In this document: in pieces, positions 24,167 through 36,800 of the stretch
Numbering within the stretch: the first letter of the stretch is position 1
Layout of the letters: each line of letters opens with the position of its first letter
NCBI GenBank assembly: GCA_964276515.1
Contig: OZ193909.1
Location: 5,270,001 to 5,334,000, forward strand
Direction: 5' to 3'
DNA length: 64,000 nucleotides
Origin: Gordius albopunctatus
Taxonomy: Eukaryota
Position numbers and translations under genes: made by a program
The notes under the pieces: model-generated
What the model saw: the letters and a program-made list of their open reading frames with translations, nothing else
The model's database searches: none
What the model was told of the DNA's origin: nothing

Positions 24167-25132
24167 TATTACAAGTTTTTCAAAAAATGTAAAATAAACG
24201 TTATATCAGGGGGTGGTATTAATATTAAGATATATTTGTCAAAGGCTAGAATGGATGAGAGGTCATTAATCACCTAAGGAGCACCAGAAAGAAAATGTAG
24301 AAAGAAAGCAATAGGAAGGGCTCATAAATTTCTATGTTATTTTTCCCTGTTACACATTTATTCAGCCAGACAGGCAGACTTTCTTGGCGCCTTTGCTTTT
24401 GCTTTTGTCGGGCCTAATAAAAAATTTGTTAAAGGGAAGTGCCGTGTAAATAGGATTGTGACGAATGATTCAAATTAAACATAGACTTGCTCTTAGTAAA
24501 TGGGAGGCAGAGAGCCGTCCGAATTATTTTAAACATGTAAAATAAAGTTGCGTTTCTTTAAATTACCGTTTCCGCCCCTACTTAAATTGTTTTAGCGCTT
24601 TGTGCCCTCTCCCAAATCTTGTTAACTCATGAGGATAGGCACCCAAATTAGATAGCTGCTGTCAGTGCCCCACGTATACCTACCTCCATCCCATCTAGTT
24701 TGAAACCTTCTATAGTCATCATCGCTAAAATTTTTGGAAATGTTTGATGTAAATTCACGAATCATAAAGATTTACGAAATCCACTTTAAAATTTTCCTAA
24801 AACTATATTCTATAAAAAACCTTCGATCCTTTTTTAGGTTCTATTGACCCATATAATAGGTGTAAAGTTTTATAATTTTTAATAATTTACTATAAATATC
24901 ACGGAACAAATGTGTGAATCAGATTTAATTTGGATTAAATGTTAGGTCACACATTTGCAGGTCGGTCTCCTCCACTCGAAGCTCTTCCTTATTTTAAAAG
25001 AAACCCTGGTTTAGACGACCATCATTTAATAAATTTAATACAAAGTTCCCATTGTTTGACAAACGATTAAAGGACACCTTTAAATCCAAAAATTTACTAG
25101 TTTATACTCTCACACAGGTTAATCATTAAATT

Positions 25133-25283
25133 CATGGGCGTAGCCAAGGGCTGGCAGGGAGGGGCAACTCCCCCCCCCCCTAAATCCGAAAATTCTTCAA
25201 AGTTTAACATAATAGTGGCTAAATTTATGAAAATTATCATTTTTCCACTCCCGAAATCATGATTATTCCTGGCTAGGCCCATG
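25133..25283. mobile_element. hAT-type MITE, CATGGGCGTAGCC family
   Basis: TIR CATGGGCGTAGCC / GGCTAGGCCCATG; TSD ATTAAATT / ATTAGATT. Confidence 0.85.
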
Positions 25284-25468
25284 ATTAGATTGTTTATTAA
25301 ATTTATTTACCAGCCATTCCACCTCTCACTTGATAGATTTGCATATTTTATATTTTTACAAATTATTTGATTTGGTAGCATGCAGGGGCGTACGCAGGAT
25401 TTTTTTCCTTCGAATATGGAACAAATTTAGAGGAAAATTATTTTATGCAATTTTATTACAGATCTATA

Positions 25469-25595
25469 CATAGGCGTAACCAGGGGGGCCGCCCCCCCCC
25501 TAAATGACAAAAAAAAATTCAATGCAAATACCCTTAAAAATTTAAAAAATTATATTTTGCTCACCCCTCTAATTCAAAACCTGTGTACGCCCATG
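25469..25595. mobile_element. hAT-type MITE, CATGGGCGTA family
   Basis: CATAGGCGTA / TACGCCCATG ends; degenerate TSD GATCTATA / GATATACA. Confidence 0.7.
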
Positions 25596-25907
25596 GATAT
25601 ACATAATAGAGACCTGCACGGCCCGGCCCGCGGATGGTCCTAAAAGCCCGGCCCGCTGATTTCAAATAAAACAACGAGCCGATATATAACGTAACGGGCT
25701 TGGGCCGGGCCTAGTTATCCTTAAGGCCCGTTAAAAAATTAATTAGATTTAATATAAAAGAAGGTGTTTTTATAATTTTCGAATTTGTAGTTTAGTTATT
25801 TTATGTATATTAAATTAACAAGAAAAGTTAAATTTTGTTTCCATCCTAGTTGATTAATTCATTATAAATGTTAAAGATAATTTATACACGTGATTCCATG
25901 GGCGGAG

Positions 25908-26553
25908 CAGGGGTTTGTCCCGAACCCCTGAACCCGAACCGGGTAAAACCCGATATTTTACAGAACCCGAACCCATTTTTAAAAATACCCTTAAAACCCG
26001 AACCCGATGAATACAAAAAAGGGTTAGGGTTCGGGTTTTTAATTCAAAAATATATTGTGAATTGAATATCTCAGTTTTCTCTATCATCACAATGTAAAGA
26101 AACGAAGCGAAGACCATACGATTTTAATTTCAATATTTTTATGTTCGATCACAAATGACTGATCAAATATTAGAAGATGTTTTAATTGTAAGATTAAATA
26201 ATATATCAAAATTATATACATAATTTATGTGTCAACTGTATTTATATTTCATGATGTGAAGTATACGTTGAATAAAAATATTTTTGTGTAATTTATAATA
26301 TGGTATGGCTTTTATTAATTATATTTTTATTGCTTTTAAATCCAAAAATAAATTAGAACATTAAAAATTCAATAAATACATATGCACAATGAAATGAAAT
26401 AATTGGCATGTCAATTTAATTAGGTGCTATTTAAAAATTAAGTTAACTATTCAATAATTTTTTGAAGGTAAAAATATATACGAACCCGATTTCAAAATTT
26501 ATGCCAAACCCGAACACGAACCCGATTTTATTTTGGGCGGGTTCAAACCCCTG
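25908..26553. mobile_element. Non-autonomous hAT element with AACCCG subterminal repeats
   Basis: TIR CAGGGGTTTG / CAAACCCCTG; TSD GGGCGGAG / TGGCGGAG. Confidence 0.88.
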
Positions 26554-27437
26554 TGGCGGAGCCAATTTAAATTGGAGGGGGGGGGCAGTTTAAATAGGGC
26601 GAAAAATGTTTTTTCCATCGAGAATTTTTGGATTTGAAGGGGTGCAGCTGCCCATATTTGCCACCCCATTTATACCATCTAGCAATATTGAGTGAATTAA
26701 TTTAATATTTTTTAAAGTTATTTTTTATATTAATTGCTATGCAATTTATGGCTCTCTTTTGGTTATCCGTCCTGTCCTGTACAACTTGTAATTTTTCAAC
26801 AATTGCCGTGGAAACTTATAGGGGTTTTTAATGGCTGTGGACTTATGCTTCTGTAAAAGACTTCTTTTATTTAGCTGACCGCTGATTGGCTTTACTTTTT
26901 TCGACCTCGCCTAAGCTCAAATTCCATTATTCTTTTTGTGCCTGACTGTTTACCTTTGTTAATAAACTTATTTTGGCAATTTGTCTAGGTTGTTAATTTA
27001 TAACGGATGAATGCGAAACTGGCTAAATAATTCCCTGCAAATTAATGCTGACCGTTGCTAACTTATACTTTATCTGACCCCGGCCAAATGCCAAGATTTA
27101 TATACTCATTATCATTAACAAATTTAAAAACAAATTTTTAAATTTATTTCCACAAGTCACTTTTATCACTGTTTTCTCATTTTATATCAATAGCCCAATT
27201 ATAATTATACTTTAAAAAACAATTAAAAGTTTGTTTTTATTGCAGAATCTGTTTTTTAAGTGTACATAAGTCAGATTGTCATCTTGACCCTTTTTTATTT
27301 GTATTATATAAAATACAATCATATTACATTTTGTATGTTCTTTATAGTGTAACAATTTTTTTATTGATTTGAGTTAGCATACACTATTAAGGAGTGAATA
27401 CGTCAGGGTTAATCTTTCCCCTGAACAGGGATATAAC

Positions 27438-27857
27438 TAGCCCCGTGCACTTTCAAAATTTCTAGGATTTTTGATTATTTTAAACTCAATTTATGAAATA
27501 ACTATAAACACCTTTTCCTCATTTTTTTTCTTATATTAAAAATACACTATAAAAATGTATTTAAAAAAAATTATAAAAAACGTTATTACCTTTTTTAATG
27601 TGATTTAATTTTTTATGGCAATTTAGTCACCGGTCTCCCCTATTTATATTTATAAAATTAATAATAATTAGTGTAAAATAAAATTTTAAATGGCTTTAAT
27701 TAACGAAAAAAGTGTAAATACACATATGAAAATTTTTAATCTCCATTTGAAACACTTTAATAATTATGGCGATTTAAAAGGTCTCATAATATTAAACTTT
27801 GTTTACAAATTATCAAAAATGAAGTGTTCTGAAGGAGGGTTAAAGTTCACGGGCCTA
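27438..27857. mobile_element. Probable MITE
   Basis: 16-bp imperfect TIR TAGCCCCGTGCACTTT / AAAGTTCACGGGCCTA around an AT-rich core; TSD unclear. Confidence 0.5.
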
Positions 27858-28527
27858 AAAATATAACTAGAGGATTTCTTATTTCGCCAATTCTAAAAGT
27901 AATTAGATCAATTCTTTTAGAAATAAAAGAACCTAGTTCATATTATAATTTAATTTTAAACTTAGGCACCCAATGTGAATGCCTAACAATATAGAATAAA
28001 CAATATTAAACTTTAAGCCCCCAAAAAGTAGCTAATACCTATAAAACGTGCTAACACCTCCGTTCACTACTATCTAATCTTATAGGCAAATATGTACAAC
28101 TCTATAACGGACGCATCATTAATTATTATATATATACATATTTAAACAGTTAATATATGCAAGTAGTGGGATGTATTCAAATGGCGTGTATTAATCTGCA
28201 CAACATTTACGGTAAATAAAGATTGGTCGAGTAACGTGAGATAAAGGGTCCTACCGCTGCTTCATACTGGCAGGAGCGAGATGCAAATTTCGAGCGCACT
28301 CTTAAGATGCTCTGAAGTAAAAGGGTGCGCATTTATGACATTTGTTATATTACCCGCGCGTCGCATCACTTCTCTGCATCTCAATAAGTGCCCAAAATCA
28401 GCTGCATTTCGCGCCGACCAGTTAAGGGGAACGTTTGACAAAAATGGGGGAAAGAGGGGGGGGGGGGCGTGTTGCGACGACGATATAGAATAATTATGTA
28501 CAGATTTAGTTTGTAATGAGAGCAAGA

Positions 28528-28558
<31 letters not shown>
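28528..28558. repeat. Compound (GT)n(GA)n microsatellite
   Basis: Directly visible dinucleotide runs. Confidence 0.9.
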
Positions 28559-28560
<2 letters not shown>

Positions 28561-29447
28561 GTAAAAAGGGGGTTCGATCCACAAAAAGTGTTTCAATATT
28601 GTTATTGCCTTGCCTCTATCAAAAAAGTAGCGGAGAGGGTTTCAAGATGATTTTGTAATACTGGTGAGTAGCAAATTATAATATCTTGATTATTTTGATG
28701 GCAACCGCTGTTTGTGGGTTTAAAACAGAATTTTTTGATTAGGAAAACAATCTTCGTATTTGTACACCTACCGATAGGCTGATAGAGATCATGGGCTCAA
28801 CGTCGGACTCCTCTTTAATAGTTTCATCCTGATATTAAATAGAAAAAGGGTATTGAAAGGGGCGAGAACAACAAATATATCAAATCCCTAATTTTAAATA
28901 ACGCGGTCGCAGTCTCATAAACCTTAAGCTCTGCAATCGTACACACGTTTTGACTAAGGATTTAAACTTTGCGCTTCGATTTGATTTAAAGATGCCGAAT
29001 TTGACCATAACACGGTTGTAGTAGATCAAAAGCTCGACATTAAAGCAATAACGGTTTAGGTCCGTTGCAAACTACAAAATAGGCCTTTAAAAAACTAAAT
29101 CAAACCATTTAACAAAGCATGGTTCTATATAAATAATCGCCTCACTGGGTCGGCAACTTCCATAAAGGAGGTTGGGACTATAATTAGTGTAGTATCATTT
29201 GATACTAGGCAACAACTATTTTTAACGTTTATTTAAATTAGAACATAAAAACGCACGATTTATACACTAGGAACAACGGAAATTAAGCGTATCTATAAAT
29301 AGGATGCGTTAATGGATCACATTAGAAACATAGGTTTTAAATAATTTTTGGTCACCAATCAGAAAGTGTGTATCACATTACAAAATTAGTTTTTAAATAA
29401 TTTTTGGTCACCAATCAGAAAGTGGGCATTTACCTACGCACTCGTGG

Positions 29448-29625
29448 TCAGCACGTGGTTATGGTGACGTTGATGGCTAAATTGCCATTTTCGGAGAAGA
29501 GAGCGGCTACCCCCGATTCAAACACTAGGCAATCCGATTTACCGATCGCGTTGGCGATGCCCTCGTGCACGCTCCTCGGCCTAGCTTCCCAAGTCAGTCT
29601 GCGCCGATTACCGTTCAGTTCGAGT
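29448..29625 (-). CDS. SIAH: SIAH E3 ubiquitin ligase, last coding exon (substrate-binding domain C-terminus)
   Basis: cgcag acceptor; [22 protein letters not shown]...DCLVF...[13 protein letters not shown] then TGA; phase matches the preceding exon. Confidence 0.93.
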
Positions 29626-30768
29626 CTGCGAAAGGGGTGACGTCGTTAGCAATTCATACATTGCAAATGGTAAAAGAGGCGCCCGTAGATGCCATTACAA
29701 ATTATTAAAAATTGGAGCCGATATGTCCGTCGTAGGTGTCGTTGAGTCGACTAAAGATTAAACAAAACGAGATCAAAGGCTTTTAGTGACTTTTCATTAG
29801 TCGCGCCCTCTAGGCTTAGTCGATATTTGAAAAACGGACCAGATGATTTAGTCTGTTTTGGTTAAGTGGGCCCTTAGTCTTAGTAGGTGAAGCAAAGGTT
29901 GGATAAACAAACCCAGATCTTTTTACAACACTAGTGTCCCTTAGAAAAGGAGTGAATATTATTTACCCCGATATATCTCGTGTGTTTTAGTAGGGAATTT
30001 ATCACTTTCAGATAGTTAATAAATTAATTGGCGTCGGGAGAGTCCTTAATGAGAGACAAAAGATGAAATTTGATATTATAAGCAAACACGCAATTTTGAC
30101 TATATTTCAAATGAAGTGGCTGAGGCACCACCGTGTGGTCGGAAAAATAAATGTATATACAATGAAAACCAGTAATGAGTGATAATAAAATATTGCATAT
30201 TCTCAGATTAATGATAGATTAATTGGCATTTTTACAAGCCTCTAATGAGCTGTTAAAGATAAAATCAACATCATAAAGTGCAAATAAAATATCCACGAAA
30301 TCTCAAATAGATAGCAATTTATGTACTAAGCGTTACAAATAAGACGACAAAATTGGAGAAGAGACGAGGCCTATAAATTGATTAAAAATAGTAGGCCTAA
30401 AGAATTTCTAATAAATATAATAGTTCCCCTAACCTTTTATTTGATTGTTAACAATTTTAAAACATTTATTTAATTGTTTTAAAAAGGAAAACCCAAAACA
30501 TTTTTAGGCACGTTATTTTAGAAGAGTAATATGTTACACTATATTAATAATATCGCAGAATTTTAAATGTAAACAATCCGAGTCGTCATACTGTAAGGTT
30601 TCAAAAATCTGACAGCCCAAGCGAAATAAGTCCTAAAATCAAAGCTGCACAACGGAATTACCCTGCAAAATTAATTTGGGTTACACAAAAACAATGGTTA
30701 TCTGTGATGAGTCCTATTTATTTGGGCTGCTTAACACACAAAATACGTGAAATGAAAAGTGGGCGCAC

Positions 30769-30964
30769 TTGTAGGCAAAATTTTCGGCCTGTTTTCGGGA
30801 GCCTATTAGTTGAACTACGGCGTAAAATTGTTGAATTCCATCCTGGGCCCGCTCTTGCTTCTCCAGCACCAAAATAAAGTAATGGTTGAAGCAACTTTGC
30901 ATCATGACCCAATCCACGTTGCCGGGCAAGTTTATATCTGTAGCCAAAAAGACGATATCTTCCC
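30769..30964 (-). CDS. SIAH: SIAH coding exon (substrate-binding domain)
   Basis: [26 protein letters not shown]...[18 protein letters not shown] boundaries in phase. Confidence 0.95.
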
Positions 30965-31508
30965 CTAAAAACAAATAAACAAACATTTTTTAATTATCCA
31001 AAAACTGTAATTAACAAATTTTATACATGTTTTAGGGTCAAATCCAACCAAAAAACCTAAAACTACAATTTACAATTGTACGAAAAACAGCTTTCAAATA
31101 GTATTTTTTTATCTAAAAGCCCCTAACCCCTTTTCCATGTAATTTATGAATAATAAAGAGTTGAAATAAACAAAATCGAGCATGTTCTTTTGTATTATTT
31201 TGGCATAACCGCGGTAGCTAATTCCATTTTATTATCAGCAAATTAGTTCAAAGTGTGATAAAATTTTAGAGAATCGTATTTCGTAAAGATTAACCAAAGG
31301 TATCCATTTATTCCCCTTTAGTCCAGAGAGGAAGAACACACTCGCCTCCTCCCCCCTTAATCTAAAAATTTAAAGTTGAAATATTAATTAAATTATCACG
31401 TTGCCCCTTTCCAAATCGACCAGCCAATCTCTAACTTGCATCAATTTGTGAAATGTTTAAGAAACACATTTAACGTATTATATATAACAAACAAATGTGG
31501 TTTAATAC

Positions 31509-31615
31509 CTTGCAGGGTTGTGATAGTTTTGTGAGATACGAGTAGGTGCGTCATAACTTGCTCCAAGGAACCTTGCCATTTGCACGAGGCGCCGGGGCAG
31601 GGGCAAACGTAAGGT
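31509..31615 (-). CDS. SIAH: SIAH coding exon (second zinc finger)
   Basis: [35 protein letters not shown]; tttag acceptor, gtatt donor. Confidence 0.95.
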
Positions 31616-32706
31616 CTAAAATGGGCATAAATATTTCGTAAAATGATGAAATTTCAACGAAACATTCTTGTTTTCAGATATTAAACCAAGGTTAAAGTTT
31701 GGGGTATTCAAAGGTAAGCGCGTTATTCTTAAATTTACTTTCAATTATAAGCGGTTTTGTTAAGATTAAAAAAATGATTGGCGAACAGTGCTCGAAAACA
31801 TTGCCTGATAGTGAGATTAATTTTTAGGATTTCGAATCGGATTTGAGCTAAAAATAAAGTCTTGTCACGGGATTAAATTGACCTCGGATCGAGGCCTTTA
31901 GGAGTCATCTGCAGAGAACATTTTTATTAAACGGGCGCGTTAAAGACAGGTCTATGCCTTGAGAGCAACGAAACTTTGGTGGATAAAAACTACAACAACG
32001 ATCAACGATGCAAAAAGTTCTAAAAAATCAAACATCAAATGTATCAAACTCAATACAGTGGATAAATAAAAAACATTAAGGTATTTGTATCGTAAAAAAA
32101 GGCCTGGATTCTGTTTGGTGCACCTTTGCTTTAACTAAGACTAACGATTGACTCTGGTCGCCTTTTCAAATTTCGACCAAGCCTCGAGGTCGACTAAGAG
32201 AAACAGACCCCAAAAAACTTTTGGCCTGTTTATGTTTACACGACTAACGCCAAGGACGGCTAAACAAACCCCCCACGTCTTTTTACAACATTATAACGTG
32301 CCAACAAAGAAACGCGCATCCGAGACTCATTCTGAATTTGTCATATTTAGAGCTAAGCTATTGAACCTCATCGGGGCAAACACACGTGTACATAATAATA
32401 ATTTACATACACCAAGCTTGCCAATAAAGCATCTTGATCAGGCGATAAGGCGAAAAACTTATTCCAACTCAAAAAAAACTCCCCTACTACCCCCATTAAA
32501 AACTTTAACGTTTTAGGAGAGAGGATTATAACGCTAGGCCAAAATGTTTCACTAATTGTTGCGAATGAACAACATACGGCAGCGGCGGCACTTAAAAATT
32601 TAAGGAGCGCGTGGCCGGAAACCAGGCAAAATCAAGTAGTGGAAGGTATAAGTTATTTAAGCCTAAGCAGAAAAAGGATGATGCGATGCCTGTAAAATAA
32701 TCTCAC

Positions 32707-32839
32707 CGAAATTCGCAAATTTCTTCGTGTTCCACCTTCTCGGTGTGCGAGAGGGATTTGGTGCAGCCGGAATTATTGTACTTGCAGGGGAACAGGATTG
32801 TGCTAGCAACCTTTTCCATCGCCAAATTGCGTATGTTAC
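32707..32839 (-). CDS. SIAH: SIAH coding exon (SIAH zinc finger)
   Basis: NIRNLAMEKVASTILFPCKYNNSGC...EHEEICEF; tgcag acceptor, gtgag donor. Confidence 0.95.
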
Positions 32840-33124
32840 CTGCAAAATATATCGCGCAAAATTGGTTTATAATAATAATTATACGAAAGATAAATAAGAA
32901 AGAATAATTGTATAAAAATCATAGGTTCGGTCAAAAATCACAAATCATATTTCCCCTTGGATTTTAAGACGCATATCAAATAAAAATTAAGGTATTTGTG
33001 GCCTTTTAAAGTAATTGCAATTACATACAATTAGTGTTTTAACCGTTTACAACTAGGCATAATAGAGTTGATATAATATGGATTGGAATAGGGAATCCCT
33101 ACATTATTATAAAACAAAAAAATC

Positions 33125-33317
33125 CAATGGCTGTTTGTCACACTAAGGTGGTCAGCTACTTGGATGAAGGGTACCGCTCGGCTATCCAGCCCTGACAGAC
33201 GTGTTGACGAAGTGAGATATTTTGCATCTTTTGAAAGAAAGTGCCCAAAGCGGGATTTGAACCCGCAACGCAAGCACTTGTTCAAAGGCAAAGTCTATAT
33301 CAACTATGTCCCACGCC
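33125..33317 (-). mobile_element. tRNA-derived SINE with RTE-type 3' tail, within a SIAH intron
   Basis: tRNA-like head with T-arm/B box GCGGG-TTCAAAT-CCCGC (33266-33250); tail AGCTGACCACCTTAGTGTGACAAACAGC matches the RTE 3' end at 18046-18072. Confidence 0.7.
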
Positions 33318-33685
33318 TCTAACCCTTCCTTACATTATTATAATTGGTGGAAATCGTTTTACACGAGGGTTTAGAATCATTTGAAATCTTCTCATAAATA
33401 ATTAAAGTCTCCCATATGATTTTGAAAGAGCAGCATAGATTAGAGGGTTATAGGAAGGAACTTTAATTCAACAGAAAAACGTCGCAGAGCTGTATTAGAC
33501 ACATTCCCGCACCAAAATATTTCACCCTGAGTCCATTAATAAAAATAGTTAGTCTGCCTAGGGTCAATAAATTATACGTCGAACTAAAATCCTTGATAAA
33601 TAATTGATTGAAAAACAACATAACACATATTGTCCCCATACAAAACTCATAATAAAAATTGGGCTTCTATTTGGGTGACACTTAC

Positions 33686-33841
33686 CCAGGGGTCCTCGAC
33701 AAGTGGGACAGCATTTGAGATTGACCCGACAACTGGAGCAAACGAGGTGGCCACTCCGACATTGAAATATGGGCGGTAGGACATAGTCGAAACACACGGG
33801 ACACTCAAAAAAACTGGTAATGTCGCTCTCGCTCGAATCGC
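33686..33841 (-). CDS. SIAH: SIAH coding exon (RING domain); upstream start exon not located
   Basis: [41 protein letters not shown]; ttttag acceptor, gtaagt donor. Confidence 0.95.
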
Positions 33842-36800
33842 CTAAAAAGGGAAATTTGATGTTAAAAATGTAAAAACAAAGTAAATGAGCAACAAATTGA
33901 TGCACAAATATAAAAGTAAAATATTGTTTTTAACTCATTGCCTTTTAATTTTATTACCATGTTAAAAGGATGTGTTTGAAAATTATTTAAAAAAATTAAA
34001 AGTGTGCTTCTTCCCTGCGCAATGTATGGAAAAAGATTATAGGTAGAGAAAGAAAGGGTTGCTAAAATTTACCTGGCGCTCGCTCACCCAAAGCCAACCC
34101 GGGGTGGCAAAAAGATATGAAGCGTTAAATATGCAGTGTCACCCATTATAAGGCGGTATAAATACATTTCCCGTTATAAAATTGTACGCCCGAACGCTTA
34201 TCTAACGAAAAGTAATGTTAACCAAGATTTTAATAGCGCTGATTAAAAAAAAATTTTAAATCCTAAAATTAAGCTAATTCTACTCATAAATGTAAATTGT
34301 TGAAATAGGTAGGATATTTTTCGAGAAATTCGCAATTCGCTCCGAGGGGGGGATTATTTTATTTCTAGTTCGGGGGGAAAATCTCTGAATATAGGTGCCC
34401 AACTATACCCAATTGGAATTAAGCAAATACTTAAAAACGCCATAGAAAAATTAGGTTCATGAAATTCATTGGCAAAGTGTCGCAAAAAGGATTGAGACCA
34501 GAGGTCAGATTTGTAACATATTTCTGCCCGAACCCATCTAAGTATCCGCTTTGTAGTGACAAAATAATACACAAAAACAAAATCTCCTTAATCCCGATCT
34601 TGTTCGGTGTCCGCCCGACCTATAAATCTATATTTAGGGCAGATGTCCTGCCATGCCCGTCGTCCGGGTTTTTTCCGATCTCTGATACAAACACAAAAAT
34701 TAAACTTGATTTTGACACTCTCACTCATTTGGTCCACAATTTCCCCCTGCGTAATTAAGCAGCAAATTTGAAGGTGAAAAGGAAGCGGGGACGAGGTGGC
34801 ATCCATGTAGGGAATAACGAAATGGCTCCAGCAATTAAGAGAGCACACAAACAGCTATCGATCGGCTCGAAAAAAGGGAAAAGATGATAATGGGGGATTA
34901 GGGCCGAGTGAAATATTATGATCAACGCAAAGGTCAGATTGTATGGACTTTTGGAATCGATTTGTCTTAATTTTTAGCCCCCAATTCAAGCGGCATATTC
35001 TTATTGCTATATATTGATCTTTTAGCATGATGTAATGAGAAAGCGTTAATAAAGGGGTAAGAAGCTGTTTTGCTATGAATCTTATATTAACACGATGAAT
35101 TTTTGGTTAGTTTTTATATATAATCGCGTTTGGGCCCTAATGACTAACTTAAAATTTTATAAACAAAATTAATTTCGCAATTAGGAGCATTTTGAAAAGA
35201 GGGGTGTTGAAAAGGTCTCTTTTAAAAATATTAACGACGCCAAACCAAAGGGTCATCGAGTTGACGAGGGCATCAAGGACAATTGTCAGTCCCGAGGGAG
35301 TTGATATTTAGATAGGTCCAAAGTGAGTGGTATCTTCATTAACAACATTGCCGTACTGGCTCAGTCGAGATCTAACCATCTAAATTTAATTGCTTCATTT
35401 GAGCCCGAGGCAAACTTTTTAAATTTATCATTTTTCAAAATGGATCAAAAATATAAGGCTGGCTTAAAGGGTCAACGCAAAATTCGGATAACATACTTTT
35501 AGGTTGATAAAAAGGGGTTTTTAAAATTTAAAGATATATCGGGCATTTAAATTAGTAAGCCGTCGTATGCCACATTTCCCTAACCTATCTTACAGATTTG
35601 TGTGAATGTTTTCGGTAATTCCATACGTGTATTTTAGCGATGCGGAATTACCAAAAATCGTAAATAATACCACGCCGACGACAGACTTAACACTACCCCG
35701 TTTCCGGTTCCATCATGTAAAATAACGGGCCCAAAATTGGCAGGCGCAGGGGCCGCCATTCGCGTATAAATTACTGCGTGAAATAAAGGTAGAGCCATTT
35801 GGGCGCGCGCGAGCCCATTTTTTGCATTAATAGGGGAAAGGCAACATGGGGCGGAGGAGGAGGTACGTGGGGAAAGCTGAGCGTTCGAAGCGGGCGGGAG
35901 AGCATTTATTAGAAAGGTAGGGGGGGGGAAGCGGAAGGAAGTGATTTTAATGGATTACGGGTTGGGTGGTTCAAGTTCAACAGGCGTTGTCATACCTTGA
36001 AACGGATAAGCTTTTGAATAAGCATTGATTTAAAATGGACTTTAATGCCAATAACCCACCCCAAAAAGGACTAGCCAAATGAGCGAATCGTTTAAATTGG
36101 GGTAAAAGAATGGGGAGTACTCTATAACATATTTTTCCCACAAAAAATTACTAAATTTTTAAATAAAGGTGGCGCTAAATTCAGAAATCTTGATGAACTA
36201 CTCTAAAAGAGGGAAAAAATCATGACAAAAACCGCAGCCTCGCGTTAAAAAAGCCTTTTTTTCTTGAATTTTCATTTTTCATAGAAAGAGACGAAAGATA
36301 AGCGACGCACTTTCGAACATTTCACGTATTTTTTCCAAAAAACTACCCGTTATCGGGACCCTATTCGCCTTCGTCTTTGAAAGGAAATCTATAAATTACA
36401 CGTTCACATCAAAGCACTTTGTGTTGCCTTACAAAGCACTGCAAAATTAACTTCAACGGCTGGGGCCCGAAGTTTATTTTAAATTTTGGCTCGTTAACAG
36501 TTACTTTCTAGCAAGTTTTACATGTATAAAAATTTTTACCAGATGAATATCTAACTATATTGATAAATTTTATGGAATAGCTTCGAACCGAGTCAGGTTA
36601 ACACCAGAGACCAGAAAGCCCGCAATTCGGGCCCAATGAGATTTTTTTACAATGTGTAATTTTTTTACCACTTTTTTTTATTGTTTATTAACACTAGTTG
36701 TTATACAAAAACATCTTAAATTAAATTTAAAATTTTTAGAAGTATGTAACAAAATTAGCGATGAAAAGTTTAAAAAAATCACCATTTAGGGCCAAGCAGT

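Noticed and set aside
25854..26117. Short ORFs with GSG/PNP repeats (also 5187-5495, 18376-18582, 20176-20388, 44105-44380, 49517-49717)
   Set aside because: Translations of MITE subterminal repeats, not genes
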